Source of the DNA: Takakia lepidozioides
Taxonomy: Eukaryota; Plantae; Bryophyta
Length of the DNA stretch: 64,000 nt
Direction of reading: 5' to 3'
NCBI GenBank assembly: GCA_030704615.1
Contig: CM060732.1
Coordinates: 62,806,001 to 62,870,000 of the forward strand
In this document: positions 52,573 to 64,000 of the stretch, one piece after another
Position numbering within the stretch: position 1 is the first letter of the stretch
Layout of the letters: each line of letters opens with the position of its first letter
The notes under the pieces: generated by a model
Told to the model about the DNA's origin: nothing
The model's input: only the letters and a program-made list of their open reading frames with translations
The model's database searches: none
Translations under genes and position numbers: made by a program

Positions 52573-54351
52573 TTTTAAAACAATCATCTATTTCCACAAT
52601 TATCCATTTCCCTGCGACAATGACAACAAATCCGCGGAAATAGGTGTAAATCTGCGGTAATGGGGCCAACACTTTGAGCTGCTGGAACATGAGCCTGCCC
52701 AAGCTCACGGGCTCACGGCTCACGTTCTAGCATCCCCCCCTTGCAATAGCACTAAATCCCGACAAATTGTCGGTAGTATTTATGAACGCCATAAAAGCTC
52801 GCACTCGACTTACGTTTGTGGGGCGTAGAATTTGTGCAATGGCCTCTACCTCGATCTATTGTACCCCCAATTCACTAAGACATATCGTACGTGAGGGTGC
52901 ATGTCCACCAATCAGTTATGCACATTGCTTTCAAAGCCCCAGCAAGATTTCAAAGCATTGGGGTACCTACTTTATAGTGATGTACAAAAGGGCAAGAGTC
53001 TTCAGACTTTTGTGCATGAAGTCACTCTAGCATATAAACCAATGTATGTTTAGTTCAAAATGCTGCGCTCCCTGCAAGGTTTCCTATCCCTGCTAGTTAA
53101 GGCTAAAAAATGCATGGAACCACTTGAGATTGGGGCAGCTGGCCCTTCTAAACCTCTAATTTCACAACAGCCCTCTATTTGTGGGGGCTTTTCACCAAAT
53201 AACGAAGGCCGCTGGTCCCATGTAGTGATGGGACCAGTGTGGGACGGGTACACAGGATTATCAACCCAGATATGAAAGGGTTGATATATGCACTTGGCAA
53301 TTTTATGATATCTGGGTAACCGGCGGGTATTAAAAAATGTGAGAACTAGATGGGTTGATACTTGATACCACTGTTGGAATGGTATAGCTAGTTGAAGCTA
53401 GGTATGGAATGCAGCTATGAATATGTGTATTGAAGGACATATCAGTCAGGTATGAATGAACTAATATACACCTACTGGGGGAGTATGTCTTTAGGGTTCA
53501 TCCACACATACCAGACCAGTCTGGGTAAGAGTAGGCAAGGTGCCGATATCAGTATTGCGACGAGTTCGTGCCAGATGGAGCTAGGTATGAGTATATGTTA
53601 GTGCCGCTTATCGTAATCTGTACTACCAAATTTCTCATCTCTCCCTCTCTCTCTCTCTGGTTCTCCACAGGCGTCGTAACTTTCTTTCCTAAATGAATGA
53701 AACGAAACAGAAATATACCGGAGGTTCCAGGTGCTGCGGACGATCCAGATGGAGATGATGGAGTAGGAAGAGCCTGCGAGCCATCCTCGCCTTCCTCTAC
53801 AGCCCATAGTTGAACCGCGAACTCTGACCCAAACGTTTCTTCTGGTGTAGATCAACCACCGTCTGACCAGGGCTCGTTTCCGAGATCGCATAGCGCTGCT
53901 TGCTCTATGTCAAGGTGGAAGTTGACAGTTCGACTACAAAGCATACTAAAGCAAAACGACATTTACACTTGACATTCAAGGTTGGCACATTCAAAATTGA
54001 ACTATTTGAATCTTAACTTGTCATAAACACTGCAAATGTGGGCTTCTCCACACATGCTATTCTCTTGTATAGTGTTTCCTCTTGAAAACTCTTTTCAAAC
54101 TAAAGTGCGCAGTTCCATCCAAGAGGACCGCAACTATTTTGAATATTGGCTAGTCTACAGGGGGTGCCAACTTAGTATTTTCACTTCAAAGGTCCTTTCA
54201 CAATCCATGAGCAAGGCATACCCCAGCCCCCAGCATAAATGGTGTTGCATTGCTACTAAATCTATACAATCTTTGCATCCGTAGGAGTAGTTATGATCTC
54301 TCTGCAATAGCACTTGCATCGACACACTTCCTTCATGCGTGTTGCCTGTTT

Positions 54352-56964
54352 TCACCAGTAATCCCCACAAGAACAAGTCCCATCTTGGAAGTGGTGAAAG
54401 CGGTTGGCATCCCGTACAACAAGTATTCGCCCAACAATCTTCGAGATGAATTTGATGGCAGTGTGGCAGTCACCACAAACCCGAACGTTCTTGATGACCT
54501 GGATAGGTGTCCCCGGGGGCATGCTGATGAGCCCAAAAGCAATGGCCAGCTTCTCACTGTGGTGGCAAAGAGAAGACTCTTTTTGCTCCTCTTCAAAATC
54601 ATGCAATACAAAGCGGGTGTCAGGCACATACCCTGCCTCCTTCATTTGCCAGGACAATCGCTTCAGCTCAGCAAGTATTTGCTCAATTTGTGGATGTGAT
54701 TTGTCTTCTACAATGAATGCATGCACCTGGTCATTAACCTCAATGCAGCTGCGCCCTGCCACCTTTCTGACACCTCTATCCTCCATCAGCTTTCTTATCT
54801 TTGCTTTATCCTCCCACCTGCCAACCGCAGCGTAGATGTTGGAGAGCAGCACATAAGCTCCAGCATGATGCGGATCCCTTCTCAGAATGCAAATTGCAGC
54901 ACGTTCTGCTACCTCCACATTGCCATGAATTCTGCAGGCACCAAGCAAAGCTGTCCACCCAAAAGCACCTGGTTCAATTGGCATTTTGCTGATGAAGTCC
55001 TCTGCCTCCTCCAGTCGACCTGCACGGCCAAGAAGATCCACCATGCACCCAAATTGCTCCACTGTAGGGACGAGGCCATGATCTCGACTCATGGAGTCAA
55101 AGTAGTGACAGCCTTCATCCACTAGGCCCACATGGCTGCATGCAGAGATGACAGAAGTAAAGGTGATAGCATCAGGCTTTAAGCCTTCCTGTTGCATTTG
55201 TCCAAATAATTGGTGGGCCTCCCTCCCACACCCATGGTGGGCATATCCTGCAATCATGGTATTCCATGAGACCACATCTCGTTTGGCTATTCTATTAAAT
55301 ACTTCTCGTGCATCCTTAAGACTACCGCAGTTAGCATACATGTCGACAAGAGTATTCTCCAAATTAACATATGACCCGATTCCAGCTTTGATAATGTCAG
55401 CATGGATGCGCTTGCCCTTTTCCAGGGCTCCGACACTGGCACATCCACCGAGAACGCAAATGAATGTGACCCTGTCAGGTGTTACCTTTTCCTGTTGCAT
55501 TTGCTCGTACATTTTGACACCCTCTTCACCAAGCTGATGCTGAACATATGCAGCAATCATTGCAGTCCATGTGACCACATCTCGTGCCCCCATCTTGTCA
55601 AACACTAGATACGCATCCCTTACACTCCCACACTTGGCATACATGTCAATGAGTGCATTCTCCAAGTTAACATACGAAGGAATTCCAGCATTGATCATGT
55701 CAGCATGGACCTGCTTGCCCTTTTCCAGGGCCCCTAGACTTGCACAGGCATTAAGAACGCAAATCAAGGTAACCTTGTCAGGCATCATCCCTTCCCAGTG
55801 CATTTGCTCATACATGATCAGAGACGCATCACTGTTACCATGCTGAGCATATCCAGAGATCATTGCATTCCATGAGACAACATCATGTTTGTCCATTTTG
55901 TCGAAGACTTCACGTGCATCCTTTAAGCTCCCACATTTGGCATACATGTCAATGAGGGTATTTTCCAAATTAATATATGACCCAATTCCAGCTTTGATGA
56001 GGTCAGCATTGACCCTCTTGCCCTTATCCAGGGCTCCAAGATTGGCACACGCATTAAGAGCACAAATGAAAGTGACCTTGTCAGGCATCACCCCCTCCTG
56101 TTTCATATGCTCATACATTTTGAGAGCCTCTTCACCATGCCCATGATGCGCATATCCTGCAATCATTGCATTCCATGAGACAACATTTCGTGTAGCCATT
56201 TTATTGAAGAGTTGTTGAGCATCCTGCACGCTCCCACATTTGGCATACATGTCAACAAGGGTTGTGTCTAAAACAATGTGTGATGCAATTCCAGCTTTCA
56301 TGATGTCAGCATGGATCTTCTTGCCCATTTCGAGGTCTGCTAGACTGGCACATGCATTGAGAACGCAAAGAAACGAGACCCGGTTGGGCACCATTCCTTC
56401 CTGTTGCATTTGCTTGTAGATTTTTAAGGCCTCCTTTGCATGCCCATGCTTGGCATATCCTGCCATCATCGCATTCCATGAGATCACATCTCGCTCAGCC
56501 ATCCTGTCAAACACTTGACGCCCATCCTTTACGCTCCCACATTTGACATACATGTTGATGAGGGTGTTGAGTACAAAGACGTTTGGCTTGAATGCAGTTC
56601 TGACAATGTGGGAATGCACCTTCTTGCCCTCTGCCAGGGCTTTCATTTTGATGCATCCCTGCAAGAGAAACACATAAGTATTGGAGTCTGCTTCTAGTCC
56701 CTGTTGGTCCAGAACGTGCAGAGCTTCTTTCAATCTTCCCTCCTCACACAGAGTGCTCACATCACCATGATAGCCAGACATACAACTGGTGATTCCCTCT
56801 CTTATGCCTCTTTTAAAAGTAGTGAAGGTGCTGCCAGTCCGGTGTCGCCCAAACATTTCTCCTTGATACGATCCTGCCATCCCATGTGACTCACAATTCC
56901 TAGTTAGGAATTTGATCCAGATCGTCTCCAGGCTTCTGGATACTTCCATGAAAGATGTCCTCAT
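54352..56964 (-). CDS. PLS-class PPR protein with E1/E2/DYW deaminase domain (organellar C-to-U RNA editing factor)
   Basis: Uninterrupted ORF (open from 57048; first ATG at 56964), ~17 L-S-P motifs, E motif WTALLGACRIHG, HSEKLA, CGDCH, terminal DYW. Confidence 0.97.
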   Translation of the reverse strand: MRTSFMEVSRSLETIWIKFLTRNCESHGMAGSYQGEMFGRHRTGSTFTTFKRGIREGITSCMSGYHGDVSTLCEEGRLKEALHVLDQQGLEADSNTYVFLLQGCIKMKALAEGKKVHSHIVRTAFKPNVFVLNTLINMYVKCGSVKDGRQVFDRMAERDVISWNAMMAGYAKHGHAKEALKIYKQMQQEGMVPNRVSFLCVLNACASLADLEMGKKIHADIMKAGIASHIVLDTTLVDMYAKCGSVQDAQQLFNKMATRNVVSWNAMIAGYAHHGHGEEALKMYEHMKQEGVMPDKVTFICALNACANLGALDKGKRVNADLIKAGIGSYINLENTLIDMYAKCGSLKDAREVFDKMDKHDVVSWNAMISGYAQHGNSDASLIMYEQMHWEGMMPDKVTLICVLNACASLGALEKGKQVHADMINAGIPSYVNLENALIDMYAKCGSVRDAYLVFDKMGARDVVTWTAMIAAYVQHQLGEEGVKMYEQMQQEKVTPDRVTFICVLGGCASVGALEKGKRIHADIIKAGIGSYVNLENTLVDMYANCGSLKDAREVFNRIAKRDVVSWNTMIAGYAHHGCGREAHQLFGQMQQEGLKPDAITFTSVISACSHVGLVDEGCHYFDSMSRDHGLVPTVEQFGCMVDLLGRAGRLEEAEDFISKMPIEPGAFGWTALLGACRIHGNVEVAERAAICILRRDPHHAGAYVLLSNIYAAVGRWEDKAKIRKLMEDRGVRKVAGRSCIEVNDQVHAFIVEDKSHPQIEQILAELKRLSWQMKEAGYVPDTRFVLHDFEEEQKESSLCHHSEKLAIAFGLISMPPGTPIQVIKNVRVCGDCHTAIKFISKIVGRILVVRDANRFHHFQDGTCSCGDYW

Positions 56965-59220
56965 GATGACAGACTTTCCACTGGGATTTATAAGGGCTAC
57001 AACACTAATGCAGTCATCTACTTTCAAATTGCACGCTGACAATCCCACCCACTCGAAGCCGAAAATCTTGAATCAGCATCCACAAAATTGTCTTACTTGA
57101 CTGGATATCAATGCTGCATATGGAGATTAAAAATGATCACCAGATTGCGCATGCCTCGTACCGTTGGACTTTTAACCAAGGAGGGTTCAGCCACTCCACC
57201 ATCCATGGGGCCTTCTTTGTATTGTGAAATTTTCCATGAAAACGGCCAGTGTCGAGCTGAGGACCCTGCCAGATCAATTCTAGATTTGTTCTTTTGTTCT
57301 TCACACCAAATACCCAAGAACACTAGATATGTGCCAGGTTCCATTTGTATCTTGTGGGCAATGGCGTTAACTTCCCTTAACACTTCTGCATCTTACACTA
57401 AGCTCTTTCTCTGCCTCAATCCCACAATGAGAAAAAGCTGCCAAAGATTACTGATGGTGCAGAGATACTGAAAGAGCTGGTGGTGGATGACAAGCCCACC
57501 CTTCAGGCCTGATAGCCTAGCCTTATGTCCCACCACTGCAAAGGATCTAAAATGAACTACATAAATTCCTGCCATAGCCGCTCTATGCTCGGCCTGCATG
57601 CAAGTCCCAGCAGAACACAGGACTTAGTGGCCGACGCTACTGTTGCTTTTTGCAAATTCAATTCCTCTCACTTCCTCTGCTGTTGGTGGCATGGGCATAT
57701 CAAATTGTCATCCCCAGCTGTTGTCTCTGTCAGCTTCAACCACATAAATGATGCTATAAATTTAACTTCCGTCCTTCCAAAGGCGCAACCATTCTTTCTG
57801 CTTAAGGCATGCAGCCTCGTGGAGTATTTCCCGTGTCAGGTGGAACGGTTCATGGAGCGTCTTCCAGTTCCTTTGACCTCATTTAAACAGAGGGTCATGC
57901 TGCAACGGGCGTCGGTAACCCAGTTCAGGTCTTGTTTAGTCCCAAACAATTCTCACGGAGCCCTTCCCAGCCTTTCTGCAGCACTGTTAACCCTGCCCTG
58001 CGACAAGCTCTCTTGCTCAGTGAGTCTTGTAAGAGAATACCTGCTATCTGATATTCCCGCGGGAATGCTCGGGGGATTGACGTTGAGCAACGTCCTAATT
58101 TTTCTCCAATACCAATTGAGTAGTCTCAGGGTCTCTGGCTACAAGGCTACATCAAACATCGTCTTAATGAGTACATCTCTCTCTCCCTCTCTCACACACA
58201 TGAAAAGCTACATACATTGCGAGGCGCCAACAAAACTGGGTGAAGAGGTGTGGTGAGTTGACTACATGGATGGCAGAACCTGATTTCCGGCAGTTGTTAT
58301 GAAATATTCGGATGATAGATGGTGCTTGTGTCAGACAAGCTGCATTAAATGAAACCGAAACATACTGAGAGCTCATATGTCGCAGAAGATTCTGAGATAA
58401 GAGTGGGACAAGGGTCTCCATCATCTTCACATTCCTCTCCACCCCTGGTTCGACCGTATTTTGACGTTCTTCGGGTGTTTATGAAGGAATAGGTCAAATC
58501 CTGTTTAGAGCCTGCATGACACCCGCACATTGCACAGCTGATGATGGAGTGCTTATTTCTGCCACGCAGGGACAGGCTCTCATAGCTCTCTCTCTGCAGT
58601 TGCAATCTCCTTTGCTCCCGAGAGAGAAAAACAAAACCCATTTCTTGTTGTCCCGTGCAGGACATGCTGGCCAACATGGGTCGTCTCTAGAATGGAAATT
58701 TCTGTCTTGGCAGGAAGGAAGCCTCAGGTGGCAAGGGGTTAGTAGAACACCGTGCTTGTACATGTGCTCCTGTCATCCAACTGTTCAATTTCTAGTTCTC
58801 CGCCCTTCACAGAACAAAGAGCAGGCCACGCTGAATAGCCCGGCAACAGTAAAGTACTGTGGTAAGTAGGGGAAAAGGCGTCCCCGGTGGGCCTGCACTT
58901 CAAATTTCCGAGGCCCAACCAAAAACCTTCCAAAAACCTATGTGGAACCACTAGGTGTCCTTGCAGAGGATAGAGGGCTCCCCATAACACCTTGTTGGTG
59001 TTGGAGCATGGGCTCCACCAAGTGGCAGCGGTGTCCTCCACACCAAGCAGGCCATCAGAGCTTCAATAGCGGGACACATTTAGAGGCCACTGCTGGAGTT
59101 GCTGTAACTCAGGAGAGGATACTCACATGGAATTGTATGTGAGGCTACTACACACCCTTATGTAACTAATGTAAACTCATTCTGAGCAAGGAAACATATT
59201 TCATTGTAGGAGCCATATTA

Positions 59221-61190
59221 CTCATCACCTCATTTCAGCTTACCCACTCATATTACTCAAGTCCACTCATGTGTCCCCTTGAGCTCGACTCCTATGACAG
59301 CCCGCACCCTCGCGACTATGTATTCAGAGCCCTCGGCTCCGCACCAACATACCTGGTCAGGCAGTGGCCTTGCCCACCTGCCACCCGGGCCCCTCACACA
59401 TGAGGCTCTTCAATGGGCGCGCCTTGCCGCCCACTCCTCCCCCTCCTCCACCACTATCCTCATTCTCACATAGCAAAGGTCACCTGCAACACCCCTTTCT
59501 ATAACTCCCCAGGGGGATAACACCATTAGCTGCCATTGAACCCAACCAACTTCGCAATACACGCAATCTACCTTTTCCCAAATACCTCCGCCACAAGGAA
59601 CCCACTCTAACCCTACTTCTGCTTGTCCAAAATAACCCCCATACCCCCATACCTCTAGACTTTCCCACTCGCCTCAAACATCTTCTATCCAAAACCCATG
59701 GCATGGTACTCACCACTTATTCACCCCTGCCAGCACACAGCCCTCTCCCCAGACCACCCCCTAGGCCAAAATCTAACAAAGTATGGGACAAGACACCACC
59801 CCGCCCCATTATCCTCCATAATATAACCTCCCACGATGCCCCTCCGGTTTACCTGGGGCCTACCTCCCCCAAATACTCCCCACTCCACTCACACTACACA
59901 AATGGCTCCCAATCTGGCTCCCATGCCGGATATGGCGTCTACCATGCCGCCACTAACCAGCGTTAATGGGGAGGCCCTGGACTAGGAGGATGTCCAGGCA
60001 TAGTCTCGCGGAACATATGCATGACGTGTGAGGTTGGCATCCACAAGAAAGTAGCCATGTAGGTACTGTATGGTCCGGAGGCCGGCCTTGGTAAGGTGCC
60101 AGCATTGATAAGTGTAAACAATCTAGTTTTATTGCGTCGTAATAAGAGTTTATGGATATGCCATACGGCATGGTTATGTCTAGCAATACGAAGTCCGTGA
60201 ATGATGGGGTGGGGACATTCGCTAAGAAGATGGGGCCAGGTATCGCGTGTTGCGTGGATGTGGGAGCAGAGTGGGTTGTGCGGGGATGAGAATAGGGTAG
60301 GCCAGAAGGTGTGTTTGCATTGATGGCCCATGTACTGGGCGTATCTGAATTTAAGTGTTTGTCATTTGTGCGTCAGATGCAGTTTTAGTATTCCAGAAGT
60401 GGTTTGACAATTTATGGTGAAAGACCCTGGAGAGGGTCAATTTGTGAATACGTAGTTTGGTGTGGCTAAGAGAGGCCGAGGCTTGTTTGTTGTTGGCTTC
60501 TTTAGTCAGGGTGGTAAGGAGGTTACGAATTGTACAGGGTTCTAGGGGGTCAAATATCGGGTGAATCAGCCAAAAAAGGTGGGCATGAGCAATGTGGATG
60601 GGGTCGGCCGACGGTTCTACTATGGGTTTGGAGGCCCCCAGCTGGGCAATGAGGTCTGCCTCCTCGTTGCCATTAATACCAGTATGTGAACGAACTTTGA
60701 CAAAATGAATGGGTTTATCGATGGAGATGGCGAGGTTGATAATAACACAGCGGGATGGTGGTGGTGGGATGAAAGGCAGGCAACGTGGTTACAAAGTTTG
60801 AAAGAGTGAGTTGAGGCTATCCGTGAAGATGCAGTATGGTGGCGGGAACGAGGCTCTGTACCATCCCCAACCATCACCATACATTTCATAGAATTTACAT
60901 TCTGCCATGACCGCTTCCCCAACTCCTCCATCCTCGAAAAACGCCAAAAATATGCACCACTCATCCTTGCTATCCAACGGCGGGGATGGGCCACAGGCCC
61001 TACTGTCATCACTGCTGGCACCAGAGGGGGCATCCATAATGATAGCATCTCTGCCCTTCAAAATAATTTTTAAATCCCTATCATTTCCATCCACAAATGC
61101 TTCAAAGCCATACACCTCACCGCACTTCGATCTTTCACTGCTATCATCACCAACAAACACTAGCTCGAATCCAGCCCTCCTCCCCCCCCA
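59221..61190 (+). mobile_element. Dualen/RandI-like LINE 3' part: PCIF1-like MTase domain, RNase H, CCHC, RLE; middle segment ~59964-60858 inverted
   Basis: +: SSPLMC...RDYVF...WSGSGLAH...LLLVQN, then YTNGS...AGYGVY. -: IFTDSLNSL, KVRSHTGINGNEEAD, DTWPHLLSEC, RHNHAV, LDILLV. +: HFIEFTFCHD, EKRQKY. Confidence 0.8.
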
Positions 61191-61361
61191 TAGGTGCCCG
61201 GGGTGCATCTGGGTACCCGTCGGTATCCATGGGGTACCCCATGGGCCCCACGGATACCACCTGGTACCCCTTGCGCCACGGGTACTACTCAATTTTGGGA
61301 GGGCCGCAGTATATGTTTTTTTGCCTTCAATGTCTAAAAGTGTACCTCTTTTGTTTTGTAG

Positions 61362-62935
61362 GTATATCAAGAACGTGCTCATTTCGGGAAAAAACCTCAG
61401 TAAGTACCCTGCCTTCATCGACTTGTTGTCTGACCCCTCTAACAGTCAGACCATGTACACGACAACCATCCTCAGACACTACGGGAGATATCACCTGAAA
61501 GACTGCTGCTGGGATCTAGACATTCTGAAATCAGATTGCCCCTAGTATGAGGGCAGACACCCTATTCTGTATGAGTTGCAGACACGGAGTCTTTGGCCCC
61601 TCTTACTGACAAGGAATTGCATGAGAGGAATCTGCGAAACCTCGCTGAGAAGGAACCCGCAGCCAACAAGAATCCTGCGAGAGGGAAATGAAAGGGAAAG
61701 GGTACAAAGGACAAAGGGAAGGAGAAGGCCACCCAATGAGAGACTGCGGGGGGTGAGGTAGCGCAGACCCCAATTGCAAACTAGGAACGAAAACGTAAGG
61801 GGAAGTTTGAGCCATACGATGCAGTGGAGCACCCATCTAGAATCCAGCGAGAATGTAAATGCGAGATTGTCAATGATTCATTCCTTGCCATGATGGAAAG
61901 TAGAAAATCTGGTTACACTGGAGAACCCTCTCGAACTTGGGGAAAGCTGTGTGCATTCCTTGACTCGGTAAGCCAATTCCCACTGTTTGTCTCCTTTACT
62001 GTTTTCCTTTTTGGATAGTTATTTAATTTTTGCCGTCTGTCTGTTTTCAGGTTTCGAAATGACAGTATTGGGTCAATGGTGCTCTGAAACCATGTTGTGC
62101 CGACATGGTGATTGTGGACATTCCAGATGGGCTGCCAGTACCGGATATTCTACCCACAGGCACTTGCCCAACATGGAATGCATTTGATGAGAAGTACTGG
62201 CGGTGGGTCTTTTCATTTTGCAAATTTTTTTTATCGGATGCAGGGGTTCTTGTAATGATCCAGTCGGTCAATACGAAATGTCGCCGGGAGCTTGCAAACT
62301 ACCTCAAGGCCTCGGGGATGAAAATCATCAGAACGTGGAATGGTGTAAACAGCCTGTACTTGACAAAGGGCGACTGTCTCGGACAAATGGTAATCAACTT
62401 TCTCTTACTTGCTTCATTTGAAGCTCCATTTCACCCCTGAAGAAATGAGTGCGTCAATGCACTCATTTTCGGAGGTTTCAAGCACTGTTCTTTCCAGATG
62501 AATTTTTGTGGATTCACTAATATCTGCTTCATGTTGTCTTGTGTGTAGACCCGCCTTTTTGAGGCCGTCTGCCTCGTCAGAGTGCATCCTGCTTCAACTC
62601 CCACAGCAGTGAAGGAGTTCAGGCTTCATGGGGGAGGTTGTTTCATCAACGATAAGTTCGATCCAGTGGTGGACGACATGCACTACAATTATGTGGATTC
62701 CAATGCGTGCTTGCGAAAGTCCAACTCCACACCATGGAGAGGGGCCAAGGAGAAGAGCCCAACATTTATTCAAACAATTGTGTATAGGGCCCACCCCTGA
62801 AAGGGGGCAGTAGCTGCAAGATGAAGTGGCTCTTAGTTACATCGGCCTCGGCCGGAGTCTTCTCTCTCTCTCAAACAATTGTGGAGACTTGTTCCCATCC
62901 GGGGGCGCGTATCGTGGACCTCACTCTTGGCACAG
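61362..62935 (+). pseudogene. Beta-class N4C/N6A methyltransferase-like gene, copy 2 (exons 61362-61967, 62051-62389, 62549-62935)
   Basis: EIVNDSFLAMM...ADMVIVDIPDG...WVFSFCKFFLSDAGVLVMI...EKSPTFIQTIVETCSHPGARIVDLTLGTG. GT-AG introns; stops, frameshifts and a retro-insertion. Confidence 0.7.
62783..62870 (+). mobile_element. 88-bp retrocopy of the RLE-LINE 3' end
   Basis: Matches ~46175-46263. 13-bp TSD TCAAACAATTGTG at 62770-62782 and 62871-62883. Confidence 0.92.
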
Positions 62936-64000
62936 GTTTCACCCCGAACCTGCTGCGGTGTTTTCTTCTTGGTGCAAAATTTGTTTATATGTGTCCTAAG
63001 TGTCTGAAGACGTTAATATTGTCGTTGAGAGCTGTGGATCCCCGTAGAGACGGTGGTGGTGGAGTATTTGTGGACATTGGAGCTATTGGTGGAACTCAAC
63101 GATGTCTTCGAAGGTGTGGAGGCCATGCCGGACCTCGACTGCCGACTGTGCAACTAGCTAGCACGAGGACGTTTGCGTGTGCGCGGGCCGTTCTGGATGC
63201 ATAGCTATTCGATGCTGTCGTTGTCATCCACTCGTCTCTCCACCATGAAGTGATCGATAAATAATAGAATATACCTCTTGCAAATATTTGTCAACAAATA
63301 GTTCAAGCAAGAGCTCAGAAGAAAGCACCCTCCGTAGCTTTGCCCACCCATCTCAATAGTAAGACACACCCAAGCCCAAGCCCAACGAGGATGTCAACTG
63401 AAATGGTCTCCAAAAGATATTTGGGGGAACTTAGGGCACGACATTGTTATAAATATGTTCCCAACGACGGGAACGCCTGCTAGCCGAAAAACATTGTGGA
63501 CGCTGCCCACTTGCTCAGCCGAGCGAGAAAGAGATCCTGGGAGCTCTCAGAGTCTCCGACTCTTGTCTCCTTTCCCCCGTGTGTGACAGCTTGCTTCCGA
63601 CTCCCGGTCTTGTGTTTGGCAGTCTTTCCCGATTTCTTTTCTTTTCTGTTGTTCTTTTGGAAACTTGTGGCATATGCTTTTGGCTCGCGTTCTTAAGAAG
63701 GTAAGTTCCTTCCCGACTACAAACTTCTCCCTGTCGCTGTCTCTAAGGTTTGTGTTTCTCAATGACGTTGGGGGATGCAAACAAGCCCCGCTCCCGAAGG
63801 AAAATGAGGTACTGGTTGGAGCAGATGGAAGCAGACAATCCATCCTTTGCGGAGAAAATTGCTTTGCTGTGTCAAAAGGGTCTGACTATTGAATGCAAGA
63901 GAAAATTATCGAATGAAGAAGAAATGGCATACTATGATGAACTTCGACAACAGCTGAAGGAGAAAATGAGAGACGATGCTCAGCACCACAAGCGTCTCCT

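Noticed and set aside
54404-56146. Plus-strand ORFs over the PPR gene
   Set aside because: Antisense shadows of the repetitive PPR coding sequence.
57088-58869. Separate protein-coding gene upstream of the PPR gene
   Set aside because: The ORFs have no recognisable motifs; more likely 5' UTR, intron or promoter sequence of the PPR gene.
58866-58895. TIR of an element carrying MTase copy 2
   Set aside because: Only a weak partial inverted match near 63465; not supportable.

Overview
Eukaryotic, TE-rich nuclear DNA from a non-seed land plant; a bryophyte or lycophyte is inferred from intron style, a PLS-DYW PPR editing factor and the TE types. Host genes: a 4-exon cytochrome b561-domain gene (103-1704, -); a >=17-exon plastid esterase/lipase/thioesterase-acyltransferase (PES/ELT-like) gene (12013 to >30376, +) with two LINE copies in intron 8; and an intronless PLS-E-DYW PPR gene (54352-56964, -). 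The rest is nested mobile DNA: a tRNA-derived SINE, a non-autonomous Helitron, a piggyBac-type MITE, APE-RT LINEs, RLE-type LINEs, and a ~12 kb TIR-bounded composite holding a dUTPase-bearing Ty3/Gypsy element and a pogo-like transposase. The most unusual signals are two kinds of TE-associated amino-methyltransferase-like sequence. One is a PCIF1/CAPAM-like domain directly upstream of RNase H-CCHC-RLE in a Dualen/RandI-like LINE (59.2-61.2 kb). The other is an intron-containing beta-class N4C/N6A MTase-like gene present as two diverged, decayed copies (51.3-52.0 kb and 61.4-62.9 kb), one near a SWIM-finger ORF. Domain calls rest on motifs read by eye, not database searches. Many frameshifts fall in short homopolymers and may be assembly errors.
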